64,000 nt of DNA from Firmicutes bacterium ADurb.Bin248 (GCA_002069725.1 MWBW01000006.1:15974-79973); one strand, 5' to 3'; counted from the first letter of the stretch, positions 40,002 to 50,012 are shown. The notes: generated by a model from the sequence alone, not told the origin. Numbers and translations: made by a program.

Positions 40002-41900
40002 ATGAAAAAGTTCCTGAAGGTTCTCAAGTGGATCGGCTTATCGCTTGTGTCGCTCGTTCTGGTTTTGGCCGCGATCTATCTGTTCCTTCCAAAGGGGCCG
40101 AGGGAATCCGTGGCCTTCGACGACCCCTATCATACGGCGCGCAACGCGGCCGTGTCGGACAAGTATATGGCCTCGACCGGGACGCCGTGGGCCACGCAGG
40201 CGGCTTTGGACGCCATGGAGAAGGGCGGCAACGCGTTCGACGCGGCGATGTCCGCCTTGTTGACGCTGAACGTGACGTTCAGCCAGGCCGCGAGCTTCCC
40301 GGGTGTCGCGCCGATTTTAATATACGACGCGCAAGCGGGCGAGGTGAAAAGCTACATCGGCGCGGGCAAAGCGCCCATGAACGCCACGGTCGAATATTTC
40401 GAGTCGAAGGGCTACGGCAACGTGCCCAAATACAAGCTCATCGCGCAGCTCGTGCCCGCGTCGCCGGATGTGCTCATCGCCATACTCAAAGAGCACGGCA
40501 CGATGAGCTTCAGCGAGATCTGCGCGCCCGCCATCCGCATCGCGCGCGAAGGCTTCCCCGTCCATTACCAGATGCTCGACGACATGGGCCTGAGCTTTGT
40601 CGAGCGGGCCGGGCTGAGCGTGCTGATGCCCTACAACTCGCAGGTCTACTTCAAGGGGCAGTGGTGGAGGCCGCTCTACCACAACGACCGCATGGTGCTG
40701 GACGACCTTGCCGACACCCTGCAGGCCATGTGCGACGAGGAGCAGCGGGCGCTCGCCGCCGGGGGGAGCAGGGAAGAGGCGCTGGAGGCCGTCAGGGATT
40801 ATTTCTACAAAGGCCCGATCGCGGAGGCGATTAGCGCCTATCACGAGGAGAACGGCGGCCTTATTACGATGGAGGATTTGAGCGCTTACAGCGGCGGCTG
40901 GGAAAAGCCTCTCTCGGGCGCTTACGGCGAATACACGATATACGCCAACGATACCTGGAACCAGGGCGGCGTCGTCCCCATGGCGCTGCAGATACTCGAG
41001 GGGATCGACCTTAAATCCATGGGCCACAACTCTCCCGAATACGTCCACACCGTCATACAGGCCGTCGAGCTTGCGATGGCGGACAGGGAGGCGTATTTCG
41101 GCGACCCCGCGTTCGTGGACGTTCCCATAGAAGGTTTGCTCTCTCCCGAATACGCCGCGGCGCGACGCGCTCTGATGACGCCGGATAAAGCGTTCGGCCA
41201 AACGCCGCCCGCCGGAAACCCCTATGAGTATCAAACGGCAAAAACGGCGATGGCCGTCCCCGCGTGCGCGGCTCCCGCGCCGTCCACGGGCGCGCCGCAG
41301 GATACGCAGGGCTTTGGGAAGGACACGAGCTACATTTGCGTGGTGGATCAATACGGCAACGCCGTCTCTCTCACGCCCAGCGATTTTCCGGAATCCCCGA
41401 TGATCCCGGGCACGGGCCTCAACCTCGGCACGCGCATGAACCAGTTCTACCTCGAGTTGGAGCATCCCAACGGCCTGATGCCGGGCAAGCGGCCCAGGAT
41501 CACGCCGAACCCCAGCATGGTTTTTAAGAACGGGGAATTCTTCATGTCCTTCGGCACGCCGGGCGGCGAGTCGCAGACGCAGGCGATCATCCAGGTTTTC
41601 CTGAACGTCGCGGTATTCGGCATGGACCCCCAGCAGGCGATCAGCGCCCCGCGGTTCATCTCGCTCAACTGGCCCAACTCCTTCGCGCCGCACGAATATT
41701 TCCCAGGGCTGATCGAGCTGGAAGCATCCGTTTACGACGCGTGCGGCGAGCGGCTCACAGCCATGGGATATCAGGTCAACCGGCTTGAAGATTGGGATAA
41801 CAAATTCGGCGCCGTGTGCGCGATCATCAGGGATCCCGCGACCGGAACTCTGACCGGCGGGGCGGACCCCCGCGAGGAATCCTGGGCCGAGGGCAACTGA
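40002..41900 (+). CDS. ggt: Gamma-glutamyltranspeptidase, membrane-anchored
   Basis: ATG 40002 after AAAGGGG. N-terminal TM anchor. Autoprocessing-site context GKDTSYICVVDQYGNAVSLTPS and GGADPRE near the C-terminus. Confidence 0.88.
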   Translation: MKKFLKVLKWIGLSLVSLVLVLAAIYLFLPKGPRESVAFDDPYHTARNAAVSDKYMASTGTPWATQAALDAMEKGGNAFDAAMSALLTLNVTFSQAASFPGVAPILIYDAQAGEVKSYIGAGKAPMNATVEYFESKGYGNVPKYKLIAQLVPASPDVLIAILKEHGTMSFSEICAPAIRIAREGFPVHYQMLDDMGLSFVERAGLSVLMPYNSQVYFKGQWWRPLYHNDRMVLDDLADTLQAMCDEEQRALAAGGSREEALEAVRDYFYKGPIAEAISAYHEENGGLITMEDLSAYSGGWEKPLSGAYGEYTIYANDTWNQGGVVPMALQILEGIDLKSMGHNSPEYVHTVIQAVELAMADREAYFGDPAFVDVPIEGLLSPEYAAARRALMTPDKAFGQTPPAGNPYEYQTAKTAMAVPACAAPAPSTGAPQDTQGFGKDTSYICVVDQYGNAVSLTPSDFPESPMIPGTGLNLGTRMNQFYLELEHPNGLMPGKRPRITPNPSMVFKNGEFFMSFGTPGGESQTQAIIQVFLNVAVFGMDPQQAISAPRFISLNWPNSFAPHEYFPGLIELEASVYDACGERLTAMGYQVNRLEDWDNKFGAVCAIIRDPATGTLTGGADPREESWAEGN

Positions 41901-41917
41901 TGCAGGGAGGCGCGCGC

Positions 41918-42352
41918 ATGATAAGAACGGCGAAAGCAGAAGATTTAACCGCAATAACGGAGCTTGCGCTCCTGCTGTGGCCCGATCATGAATGGAACGA
42001 GCTAAAAGAAGAGATGGCGGAAATCCTCTCAGACAAAAACGCGGTGTTTTTTCTCGCGCTTACAGACGGCGCGCCCGTCGGGTTTGCGCAATGCCAAATC
42101 CGTTTCGATTATGTCGAAGGGACGCGAAGCAGCCCCGTCGGCTATCTGGAAGGTATCTTTGTAGATGAAAAACAGCGCAACAAAGGCATCGCGAAGGAGT
42201 TGCTTCGATGCTGTGAGTCGTGGAGCAAGGAGAACGGCTGCACGGAGTTCGCGAGCGATTGTGAGCTCGACAATACGGACAGCCTTCAGTTTCATTTGAA
42301 AACCGGCTTCGAGGAAGCAAACCGCATCATATGCTTCAGGAAAGGGCTATAA
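41918..42352 (+). CDS. GNAT acetyltransferase, aminoglycoside 6'-N-acetyltransferase AAC(6')-I-like
   Basis: AGGGAGG RBS. Reads YLEGIFVDEKQRNKGIAKELLRCCESWSKENGCTEFASDCELDNTDSLQFHLKTGFEE, which resembles the AAC(6')-I C-terminal block. GC is visibly lower than in the neighbours. Confidence 0.7.
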   Translation: MIRTAKAEDLTAITELALLLWPDHEWNELKEEMAEILSDKNAVFFLALTDGAPVGFAQCQIRFDYVEGTRSSPVGYLEGIFVDEKQRNKGIAKELLRCCESWSKENGCTEFASDCELDNTDSLQFHLKTGFEEANRIICFRKGL

Positions 42353-42428
42353 TCTCACTCATCGCGACTGATGTTCCAAGCCGGGGAAGGCCGGGCGTTT
42401 CCCGTCGCTGCGGTTAATAAAACATAGA

Positions 42429-42460
42429 GGGGCTGTATTGTCATAAAGCGATACAGCCCC
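42429..42460. terminator. Bidirectional hairpin between convergent GNAT and SagB-type genes
   Basis: GGGGCTGTAT-tgtcataaagcg-ATACAGCCCC. Confidence 0.65.
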
Positions 42461-42524
42461 GTCGTTCCCGGCGGCATGCCCGCAACCGCGGGCTTTCCGG
42501 TTTTCATCCGCGGCATTCGCGAAC

Positions 42525-43271
42525 TCAGTCCTCTTCCTTTTTTCCCACCGTGGCCGCGTACACGGCAAACTGGCTGACGCCGTCGAGGCCGAGCATGGAA
42601 TTCAGCCTGTCGTCGTCGAAATGGCCGATCGCGCAGACGCCCAAACCGAGCTTTTCGGCGGTGAGGTACAGGTTCTGGCACACGTGGCCGGCGTCGATAA
42701 ACAGATACCGGTAGCCCCGCTCCGCGTACGACCAGGTCATCCTGTCGGGGACCGCCGTCCAGAAAAAGGAAACGTTGCCGTTCTTGACGTGATCCTGCTC
42801 GTCGCAGGCGAGCGCATACTCCTGCGCGAGGTTTCCTCCCGAAGCGAGCTTCAAAAGCGCGTGGTCGAGCGCGGCGTACTTATACAAACCGCTCTCCAGC
42901 CCCTCGACGTTGTTGACCAGCAGGAAGGTTTCAAACGCGTTCCTCGCGCCCGCCGAGGGGACGTTCCTCAGGGCGACGATGTTCGGGATCACCCGCTTGA
43001 TTCCCTGCGTGCACCACAGCAGCAGCGATAATTCGCCCATCGTCATCGGAACATGCGAATAGTCCCGGACGCTCTCGCGCTGTTGGATCGCCTGCGCCAC
43101 ATCAACGGCGGGAAAGGCGGACGGATCGGGCGCGGGCAGAGCGATCGTTTCGGGCGCGCCCTGCGGATTCTTCTCGAAGCCGGGCAGCGGCATCCCTTTT
43201 TCCCTGCCGCTTTGGCCCATGTTGCACAGCTTGGTTATGTTCATGAACTCCTGAACGATGGGATTTTGCAT
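42525..43271 (-). CDS. SagB/ThcOx-type nitroreductase-family oxidoreductase
   Basis: ATG 43271 with a GAGGTG RBS. Reads RESVRDYS...LLWCTQG...PSAGARNAFE...IDAGHVCQNLYL. Confidence 0.78.
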   Translation of the reverse strand: MQNPIVQEFMNITKLCNMGQSGREKGMPLPGFEKNPQGAPETIALPAPDPSAFPAVDVAQAIQQRESVRDYSHVPMTMGELSLLLWCTQGIKRVIPNIVALRNVPSAGARNAFETFLLVNNVEGLESGLYKYAALDHALLKLASGGNLAQEYALACDEQDHVKNGNVSFFWTAVPDRMTWSYAERGYRYLFIDAGHVCQNLYLTAEKLGLGVCAIGHFDDDRLNSMLGLDGVSQFAVYAATVGKKEED

Positions 43272-43364
43272 ACGACACCTCTCACAGCAAAAGATTGCGG
43301 AAAGAATCATATATGAAAAGTAAATATATGTCAATCGGTTTTCGCACCGCTTGCCGCTCCGCCG

Positions 43365-44594
43365 TTATTTCTGCATGCTCTGCCAGCGTTTGGGCGGCAT
43401 CCCCATGAGCTTGTCGAATATCTTCGTGTAGTGGGAGGGCGAGGAGTACCCGAAGGTGAGCGCGATGTCGCCTATGGCGTATTTCCGCGAGGCAAGCAGG
43501 GGACAGGACTCCTCGATTTTGCTCTTGTGGATGAAATCGGTGAGGCTCATGCGCGCCTCCCGGTTGAACTGCCGGCACAGATGCTCCCGGCTTATGTGCA
43601 GATGTTCGGCGATCTCCTTGAGCGACAAGGGCGAGGTCAGGTTTTTTCTGATGTAGTTGATGGCGCTGACGATCAGATCCGAGTAGCCTTTGAGCGCATA
43701 TTTCCGGACCGCTTCCGCGTAGCTTACGGCGATTTCAAAAATCAGCTTGCCCATGGCTTCGGCATTGGTTTGCTGCTCGATGCGCACCGCGAACGCGTGG
43801 GACATATTGTGCGCGACGCTGGGGTTCAGCCCGCCGCTGATGGCGGCCCGCAAGCTGATGGAGTTGAGTGTGACGGAAAGGTTTTTGATCTCCCGGAGCG
43901 GATCGCTCGGAAAGCGCGGAGGCATATTGATGAAGCGCGCGTTTGAGCCTAACACGGAGCGGACGTATTCGGCGTCGCCCCTCTCCACCGCGGCCAGAAG
44001 CTTCGCTTCCGCTTTGTAGTTGTCTTCCACGAAGCCGCGATCCGTGAACTTGCCCTCGGGGGAAATCCCCTCGTCCGGCAGGTCGGTGGAATGATCTTCG
44101 GTGACGATGCCGGGCTCGCGCGGCGCCGCGTCGAAGCAATCCTGAAATACGCAGGCCAGCTTTATCAGCGCGCCGCGGTCAAAAAAGGGGACTATGCCGA
44201 AAAAAGATTCGAGCATGGCGCAGTTGTCGAAGCCGAGCTTCATCCTGTGCGCGATGTAGCGCAGCTCGGCCGCGCTCAGACGCTCGACGATAAAAGGCCC
44301 GAAGGCTACCATGAAACGATCTCCTCCCGCGCCGTCGGCCGGCCAGCCCAGATAGCACAGCCGGAAGGGATCGATATAAAGGTAAACCCGGAACTCCGGC
44401 GGGCTGCACCCGGACGGGCGCTCGCCGAGCCTGGCGAGCCTGGCGATGGAGTCGGCAATAAACCGCTCGAGGAAAGCGGGCGGATGAAGCTTTGTCAAAC
44501 GCGCCGCTTCGCCGCCGCCAACCGGGCTGATATACAGGTTGGCGGGGAGAAGCGTCATCAGGTTTTGGCATTTGGCTTTCAGGCGCTCCGGCAT
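43365..44594 (-). CDS. AraC-family transcriptional regulator
   Basis: C-terminal double HTH LSLKEIAEHLHISREHLCRQFNREARMSLTDFIHKSKIEESCPLL...IALTFGYSSPSHYTKIF. Divergent from the GH2 gene. Confidence 0.85.
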   Translation of the reverse strand: MPERLKAKCQNLMTLLPANLYISPVGGGEAARLTKLHPPAFLERFIADSIARLARLGERPSGCSPPEFRVYLYIDPFRLCYLGWPADGAGGDRFMVAFGPFIVERLSAAELRYIAHRMKLGFDNCAMLESFFGIVPFFDRGALIKLACVFQDCFDAAPREPGIVTEDHSTDLPDEGISPEGKFTDRGFVEDNYKAEAKLLAAVERGDAEYVRSVLGSNARFINMPPRFPSDPLREIKNLSVTLNSISLRAAISGGLNPSVAHNMSHAFAVRIEQQTNAEAMGKLIFEIAVSYAEAVRKYALKGYSDLIVSAINYIRKNLTSPLSLKEIAEHLHISREHLCRQFNREARMSLTDFIHKSKIEESCPLLASRKYAIGDIALTFGYSSPSHYTKIFDKLMGMPPKRWQSMQK

Positions 44595-44751
44595 AAGCGC
44601 GTTTCCTCACAGAAGCGAAAACAATCAATAAAATACAAAATTATATCAATATCATATATGAACTTGCATGAGAAAGCAAGTTATGATGATGCTGACGGCT
44701 CAACATATCTCTTGCATAGCCCTATGTTCATTGAAGAAGGGAGAATACGGC

Positions 44752-46995
44752 GTGAGAAAAACAGAAAATTTTAACGGGGAATGGATCTTTATAAAGTCCG
44801 CGCTTACTCTTGCCGGGGCGGAGCGGGCGCAGGGCGAGCCTGTGACGCTGCCCCACACCTGGAACGCCGCGGACGGGCAGGACGGCGGCAACGATTATTT
44901 CCGCGGACAGTGCTGGTATGTGAAGCGGTTCCCCCGTCCGGCGGGAGAGCGCGTATTCGTCCGGTTCAACGGCGTCAACGCCATAGCGGACGTATTCGTC
45001 AACGGCGCGCGCGTCGCGCGGCACGCGGGCGGCTATTCGGCGTTTTGCGCGGACGTCACGGAGCGCCTCGCGCAAGAGAACGTCATATGCGTTTCGGTCG
45101 ATAATGGCCCGGATTCCAGGACGTATCCTCAGCACGCGGATTTTACGTTTTACGGCGGCATCTACCGCGATGTGAACCTGATCTGCTGCGACGAGAGCCA
45201 TTTCGATTTCGACGATGATGGGAGCGAAGGCGTTTACGTCACCCCGCGTGTCGAGGGAAAGGACGCTTCCGTCCGCGTGGAAACGCGGCTGTCGGGCGCT
45301 AAGGCCGGCCAGAGTATCCGCGTGCGCATACTCGACGCCTTGGGCGTCCCCGTTGCGGAAAAGACACAGTCCGCGGAAGAAACCGCGTTTGACTTCGTCA
45401 TCCCCGGCGCGCGCCTGTGGGACGGCTTGGACGATCCCTACCTTTATACCGCCGAGGCGCGGCTGCTCGAGGGCGGCGCGGAGCTGGACGGCGTTTGCGC
45501 GCGCTTTGGCGTGAGGTCGTTCCGCGTCGATCCGAACGAGGGCTTTTTTCTCAACGGACGCAGTTATCCCCTGCGCGGCGTATCCCGCCATCAGGACAGG
45601 CTCGGCGTCGGCAACGCGCTTTCCCGTGCGGATCACGAGGAGGATATCCGCCTGATCGCCGCAATGGGCGCGAACTATATCCGCCTCGCGCACTACCAGC
45701 ACGACCCGTATTTTTACGACCTGTGCGATCAATACGGTCTGGTCGTATGGGCGGAAATACCGTTCATCTCGAAATATCTGCCGGACGGCGACGAAAACCT
45801 GATATTCCAGATGACGGAACTGGTTAAGCAAAACTATAACCATCCCTCCATCGTCTGCTGGGGGCTGTCCAATGAAATAAGCATGGGCGGCGTCGACGGC
45901 GCGCTGATCGACACCCACCGCAGGCTCAACGATTTGTGCCATCGCCTGGACCCGACGCGCTTCACCGTCATGGCCAACGTCAGCGTGCTGCCGGCGGACA
46001 GCCCGCTGATCGGCATTCCGGACGCGTTTGGGTACAACCATTATTTCGGCTGGTACGGCGGCAGGGTGGAGGACAACGCGCCGTGGCTCGACGCCTTCCA
46101 CGCGCGGCATCCGGATAAGGCGCTCGGCCTGTCCGAATACGGCTGCGAGGCGGTGTTGAAATGGCATGCGAGCGAGCCCCGCTGCGGCGATTATTCGGAG
46201 GAGTATCAGGCGTACTATCATGAAAAGATGCTTGAAACCTTCGCGGAACGGCCTTACCTCTGGTCCACCGCCGTGTGGAACATGTTCGACTTCGGCAGCG
46301 ACATGCGCGACGAGGGCGGCGAGGCCGGGCAGAACCACAAGGGCCTCGTGACGTTCGACAGGAAGATTAAAAAGGACAGCTATTTCATTTATAAAGCCTG
46401 GTGGAGCCGCGAGCCGTTCGTCCATGTCTGCGGCAGGCGCTACGTCGAGCGCGCCGAGGTCGTGACGCGGGTGAAGGTTTATTCGAACTGCGCGCGCGTC
46501 GCGCTGTACGCGAACGGCAGGCTCGCGGGAGAAAAGACGGGAAGCCGCGTCTTTGCCTTTGACGTTCCGCTCGACATGGGAGAAAACACGATTGAAGCCA
46601 GGTGCGGCGAGCTTTCGGACCGCGTGGCGCTTCGCCGCGTCGCCGAACCAAACCCGGACTACGTGCTGCCCTTCGGCGGCGAGGAGGTTGCCAACTGGTT
46701 CGACGATCAGGGAAACAGGATAGAGTTCGAATTCCCGGAGGGTTATTTTTCCGTGCGCGACCCCATCGAGGAAATTTTGACGAACCCGGAGAGCGCGGCG
46801 ATCGTACTGGGCGCGATGGAAGGTCTAATGAAGAACTTCGGCGAGGGCGGGATGGAGCTGCCGCCGGAGTTCATGCAGATGATAGGGTCCTTTTCCATCG
46901 AGCGCATCTTCAGCCTCGCTGGGCTGTCCGGCAAAAAGCTCCCCAGGGAAGCGCTGTTGGAGATGAACCGAACGCTCACGAAAATAAAAAAATAG
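44752..46995 (+). CDS. GH2 glycosidase with beta-glucuronidase-type N-x-K signature
   Basis: GTG 44752 after AAGGGAG. Acid/base WGLSNE, nucleophile SEYG. VWNMFDFGSDMRDEGGEAGQNHKGLVTFDRKIKK parallels E. coli UidA VWNFADF...GGNKKGIFTRDRKPK. Confidence 0.8.
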   Translation: MRKTENFNGEWIFIKSALTLAGAERAQGEPVTLPHTWNAADGQDGGNDYFRGQCWYVKRFPRPAGERVFVRFNGVNAIADVFVNGARVARHAGGYSAFCADVTERLAQENVICVSVDNGPDSRTYPQHADFTFYGGIYRDVNLICCDESHFDFDDDGSEGVYVTPRVEGKDASVRVETRLSGAKAGQSIRVRILDALGVPVAEKTQSAEETAFDFVIPGARLWDGLDDPYLYTAEARLLEGGAELDGVCARFGVRSFRVDPNEGFFLNGRSYPLRGVSRHQDRLGVGNALSRADHEEDIRLIAAMGANYIRLAHYQHDPYFYDLCDQYGLVVWAEIPFISKYLPDGDENLIFQMTELVKQNYNHPSIVCWGLSNEISMGGVDGALIDTHRRLNDLCHRLDPTRFTVMANVSVLPADSPLIGIPDAFGYNHYFGWYGGRVEDNAPWLDAFHARHPDKALGLSEYGCEAVLKWHASEPRCGDYSEEYQAYYHEKMLETFAERPYLWSTAVWNMFDFGSDMRDEGGEAGQNHKGLVTFDRKIKKDSYFIYKAWWSREPFVHVCGRRYVERAEVVTRVKVYSNCARVALYANGRLAGEKTGSRVFAFDVPLDMGENTIEARCGELSDRVALRRVAEPNPDYVLPFGGEEVANWFDDQGNRIEFEFPEGYFSVRDPIEEILTNPESAAIVLGAMEGLMKNFGEGGMELPPEFMQMIGSFSIERIFSLAGLSGKKLPREALLEMNRTLTKIKK

Positions 46996-47007
46996 GGGAG
47001 ATGGATT

Positions 47008-48459
47008 ATGGCTAAAAGATCGCGGACTTTCGATGAAAACGGCTTTCCCAAATTTGGCATGCGCGACAAGCTCGCCTATGCCGCGGGCGACTTCGGCTGC
47101 AACATGTCCTTCGCGCTCGCGTCGTACCTCGCCGTGTTCTACACGCAGTATATCGGCCTGAGCGCGTCTCTCTTCGCGTTGCTTTTGATCATACTCAAGG
47201 TGTGGGACGCCGTCAACGATCCGCTTATCGGCGCGCTGATGGACGGCAGCAAAAAAACCCACAAGCGCGGCAAGTTCAAAAGCTATATCTTCGTCGGCTC
47301 CTTCGGGCTGGTCGTCGCCGCGGCACTTTGCTTCATCCCCATCCCGAACGCGGCGCTCTGGCTGAAGATCGCGGTCTGCATGCTGGGCTATATGGCGTGG
47401 GATCTGTTCTACACCGTCGTTAACGTCCCGTACGGCTCGATGGTTTCCGTCATCACGGCGGAGCCGGGCGAACGCGCGCAGCTTTCCGCGTGGCGCAACG
47501 TCGGCGCGCTCGTCGCGGGCATGGGGATCGGCGTGGTGCTGCCGATGATCATCTATGACGAGAACGACAACCTGATGGGCGGCATGATGTTCCCCATCGC
47601 GCTGATACTCGGCGTCGTCGCCTTCCTTTCCTTCCGGTTCCTGCTCAGGGGCACGACCGAGCGCATCCGCCCGGAAATCCTCTTAGCCGAGGAAAAGGAA
47701 AAGGACAGGGAGCAGTTCAACTACTTCAGAACCATAGGCAACTTCCTCAGGAACCGCGGCGCGATGGGCGTTACCCTCGCCGTTGTCGCTTTCTTCCTGG
47801 GCAACTACGGCGCCCAGACGGCGGTGACCGTCATGTTCCAGAGCTACTTCCATAACGCGGGCGTGTCGGGCGTCGTGATGCTCATCGGCTATATCCCGAT
47901 GTTCGCCGTCATGCCCTTTATTGCAAAGATCGTGCGCAAATGGGGCAAGAAGGAAGCCGCTCAGATCACGATGCTGCTGCCGATCCTCTCCAGCGCGCTC
48001 ATGCTCGTCGTGCCCATCGGCGGCGACGCGGCGGGCATGCTGCTGTACCTGCTGTTCAGCCTGGTGAACGGTTTGGGCATGTCGGTGTTCATGGTCACAT
48101 CCTACGCCATGCTGGCGGACGCCATAGACTACAACCAGTGGAAGACCGGCCGGCGCGAGGAAGGCACCATCTACGCCTTTCATTCCTTCTTCCGTAAGAT
48201 CGCCCAAGGCGTCGGGCCGTCCATCGGGCTGCTCATCATGGAAGCGCTCGGCTATGCCGGCACGCTCGGCGCGAACCAGGCGGCGCAGACCGCGCTCAAT
48301 ATGCGCTACATGGTTGCGGCCATGGCGCTCTTCAGCGCGGCGGCCGCGTGGGCGTGCGTGAGGTTCATTTTCAACATCGATAAGAAGTCGCTCGCCGAGA
48401 TGGAAGCGGCGCTCGGGCGTTCCAACGCGGCGCTTATGGGAAAACAGATCGCGGAGTAA
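47008..48459 (+). CDS. Glycoside-pentoside-hexuronide (GPH) family cation symporter (GusB/MelB-like)
   Basis: AGGGGAG RBS. N-terminal motif MRDKLAYAAGDFGCN, 12-TM profile, immediately downstream of the GH2 gene. Confidence 0.85.
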   Translation: MAKRSRTFDENGFPKFGMRDKLAYAAGDFGCNMSFALASYLAVFYTQYIGLSASLFALLLIILKVWDAVNDPLIGALMDGSKKTHKRGKFKSYIFVGSFGLVVAAALCFIPIPNAALWLKIAVCMLGYMAWDLFYTVVNVPYGSMVSVITAEPGERAQLSAWRNVGALVAGMGIGVVLPMIIYDENDNLMGGMMFPIALILGVVAFLSFRFLLRGTTERIRPEILLAEEKEKDREQFNYFRTIGNFLRNRGAMGVTLAVVAFFLGNYGAQTAVTVMFQSYFHNAGVSGVVMLIGYIPMFAVMPFIAKIVRKWGKKEAAQITMLLPILSSALMLVVPIGGDAAGMLLYLLFSLVNGLGMSVFMVTSYAMLADAIDYNQWKTGRREEGTIYAFHSFFRKIAQGVGPSIGLLIMEALGYAGTLGANQAAQTALNMRYMVAAMALFSAAAAWACVRFIFNIDKKSLAEMEAALGRSNAALMGKQIAE

Positions 48460-48483
48460 GGGCCGTATCGTTGCCGGAAAAAG

Positions 48484-48528
48484 ATCCCGTACCGGGGTTT
48501 GTCCCGAAGGACGGTCCCGGTACGGGAT
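48484..48528. terminator. Long bidirectional hairpin between the convergent permease and lpd genes
   Basis: ATCCCGTACCGGG...CCCGGTACGGGAT (13-bp stem) with an inner GTCC-cgaa-GGAC. Confidence 0.7.
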
Positions 48529-48644
48529 GAAGGATGACGCTTGAGGGCCGTTCTTTATTGTTCCCCTTACTCCGGGAGAAAGCGTTGCGCTTTATACGGG
48601 AGCCGGGAGGCGTTCTCTTTACACCCCGCGTTGTGCCGGAAGCC

Positions 48645-50012
48645 TCACTTGATATGGAACGCCGCCTCGCGCACGATTTCGGATACCGTGGGATGCGGGA
48701 ACACGATCCTTTGGATTTCCTCGACGGTCAGTCCAAGTTCCACAAATGTTCCGCACGCGACGATGAACTCGCTCGCGTAGTTGGCGAGCGCCTGCGCGCC
48801 GAGGGCCGCACGGGTCGCCTTGTCGACGACGAGCTTCATGACGCCGTCGCCGCCCTCGTTCTCCGCGAGATACCGCCCCGAAAAGCGCATGGGAAGCGAC
48901 ACGACTTCTACGTCCAACCCTTTTTCCTTTGCGGCCGCTTCGGTCAAACCCACGCAGGCGAGCTCCGGGTTCGTGTAGAGCACGGCGGGTATGGCCTCGT
49001 ATCGCATGGCGTCCTTTTTGCCGAGCATGTCGTTCACGGCGGCCTCCGCTTCGCGGTAAGCCGTGTGCGCGAGCATGGATTTGCCGTTGACGTCGCCCGC
49101 CGCGTACACATCGGGCTGACTGGTTTGCATGTGCGCGTCGGTGACGATCGCGCCGCGCTCGGTCAGGACGCCTATGGTTTCAAGCCCGATGTCCCGCGTG
49201 TTCGGCCTTCTGCCGATGGAGAGCAGCACTCTGTCCGCCGCGATTTCGCCGGGAACGCCGTCCTTTTCGTACCCGACCGCGTTTTCCGTTATCTGCGTCA
49301 CCATGGCTTGGAGCAGGAATTTCACGCCGCGTTTCTCGAAGCCCTTTTGCAGGAGCTTCACGAGGTCCCGGTCGTTCTCGCCCGCGATGTGATCGAGCAT
49401 CTCGACGATGGTGACCTCGCTGCCCGCGCTGCAAAAGTAGCTCGCCAGCTCGAGGCCGATGACGCCGCCGCCGATCACGGCAAGCTTCGCGGGGATTTCT
49501 TTCAACGCGAGAATCTCGCGGTTGGTCAGCGCGAAGCCGCGCTCGAGCGCTTCCCTCAGCCCTGCTATGGGCGGTACGGAGGGGGAGGAGCCTGTGGCGA
49601 TCAGCAGCCGCTTCCCCGTGTACGTTCCGCCGCCCGCCTCAACCGTGTAACCCTCGGCGTTTCTTCCCGAAATGACGCCCCGCGCGTTCACGCTCGTCAC
49701 GCCCGCCGCGCGCAGCGATGCGCCGACGCCCGCGACGAGGGTTCTGACGACCTTGTCCTTGCGCGCGACGACCTTCGCGTGGTCGAGCCTGAGCCCTTCC
49801 GCCGTCACGCCGTACTTTTCGCCGCGCGCCGCGCCGTCGTAGAGCTTGGCTGAATAGAGCAGCGTTTTCGTCGGGATGCAGCCCTCGTTGAGGCATACGC
49901 CGCCGACGGCCCGTTCTTCGATGAGCAGCACCGAAAGGCCGCCCTCGCCCGCGCGCTCCGCAGCGCGATAGCCCGCCGGGCCCCCGCCCAGCACGATGAG
50001 ATCGTAAGTCAT
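48645..50012 (-). CDS. lpd: Dihydrolipoyl dehydrogenase (E3)
   Basis: GGAAGGAGA RBS. FAD fold VLGGGPAGY, redox-active disulfide GGVCLNEGCIPTK, C-terminal interface HPTVSE. Confidence 0.92.
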   Translation of the reverse strand: MTYDLIVLGGGPAGYRAAERAGEGGLSVLLIEERAVGGVCLNEGCIPTKTLLYSAKLYDGAARGEKYGVTAEGLRLDHAKVVARKDKVVRTLVAGVGASLRAAGVTSVNARGVISGRNAEGYTVEAGGGTYTGKRLLIATGSSPSVPPIAGLREALERGFALTNREILALKEIPAKLAVIGGGVIGLELASYFCSAGSEVTIVEMLDHIAGENDRDLVKLLQKGFEKRGVKFLLQAMVTQITENAVGYEKDGVPGEIAADRVLLSIGRRPNTRDIGLETIGVLTERGAIVTDAHMQTSQPDVYAAGDVNGKSMLAHTAYREAEAAVNDMLGKKDAMRYEAIPAVLYTNPELACVGLTEAAAKEKGLDVEVVSLPMRFSGRYLAENEGGDGVMKLVVDKATRAALGAQALANYASEFIVACGTFVELGLTVEEIQRIVFPHPTVSEIVREAAFHIK

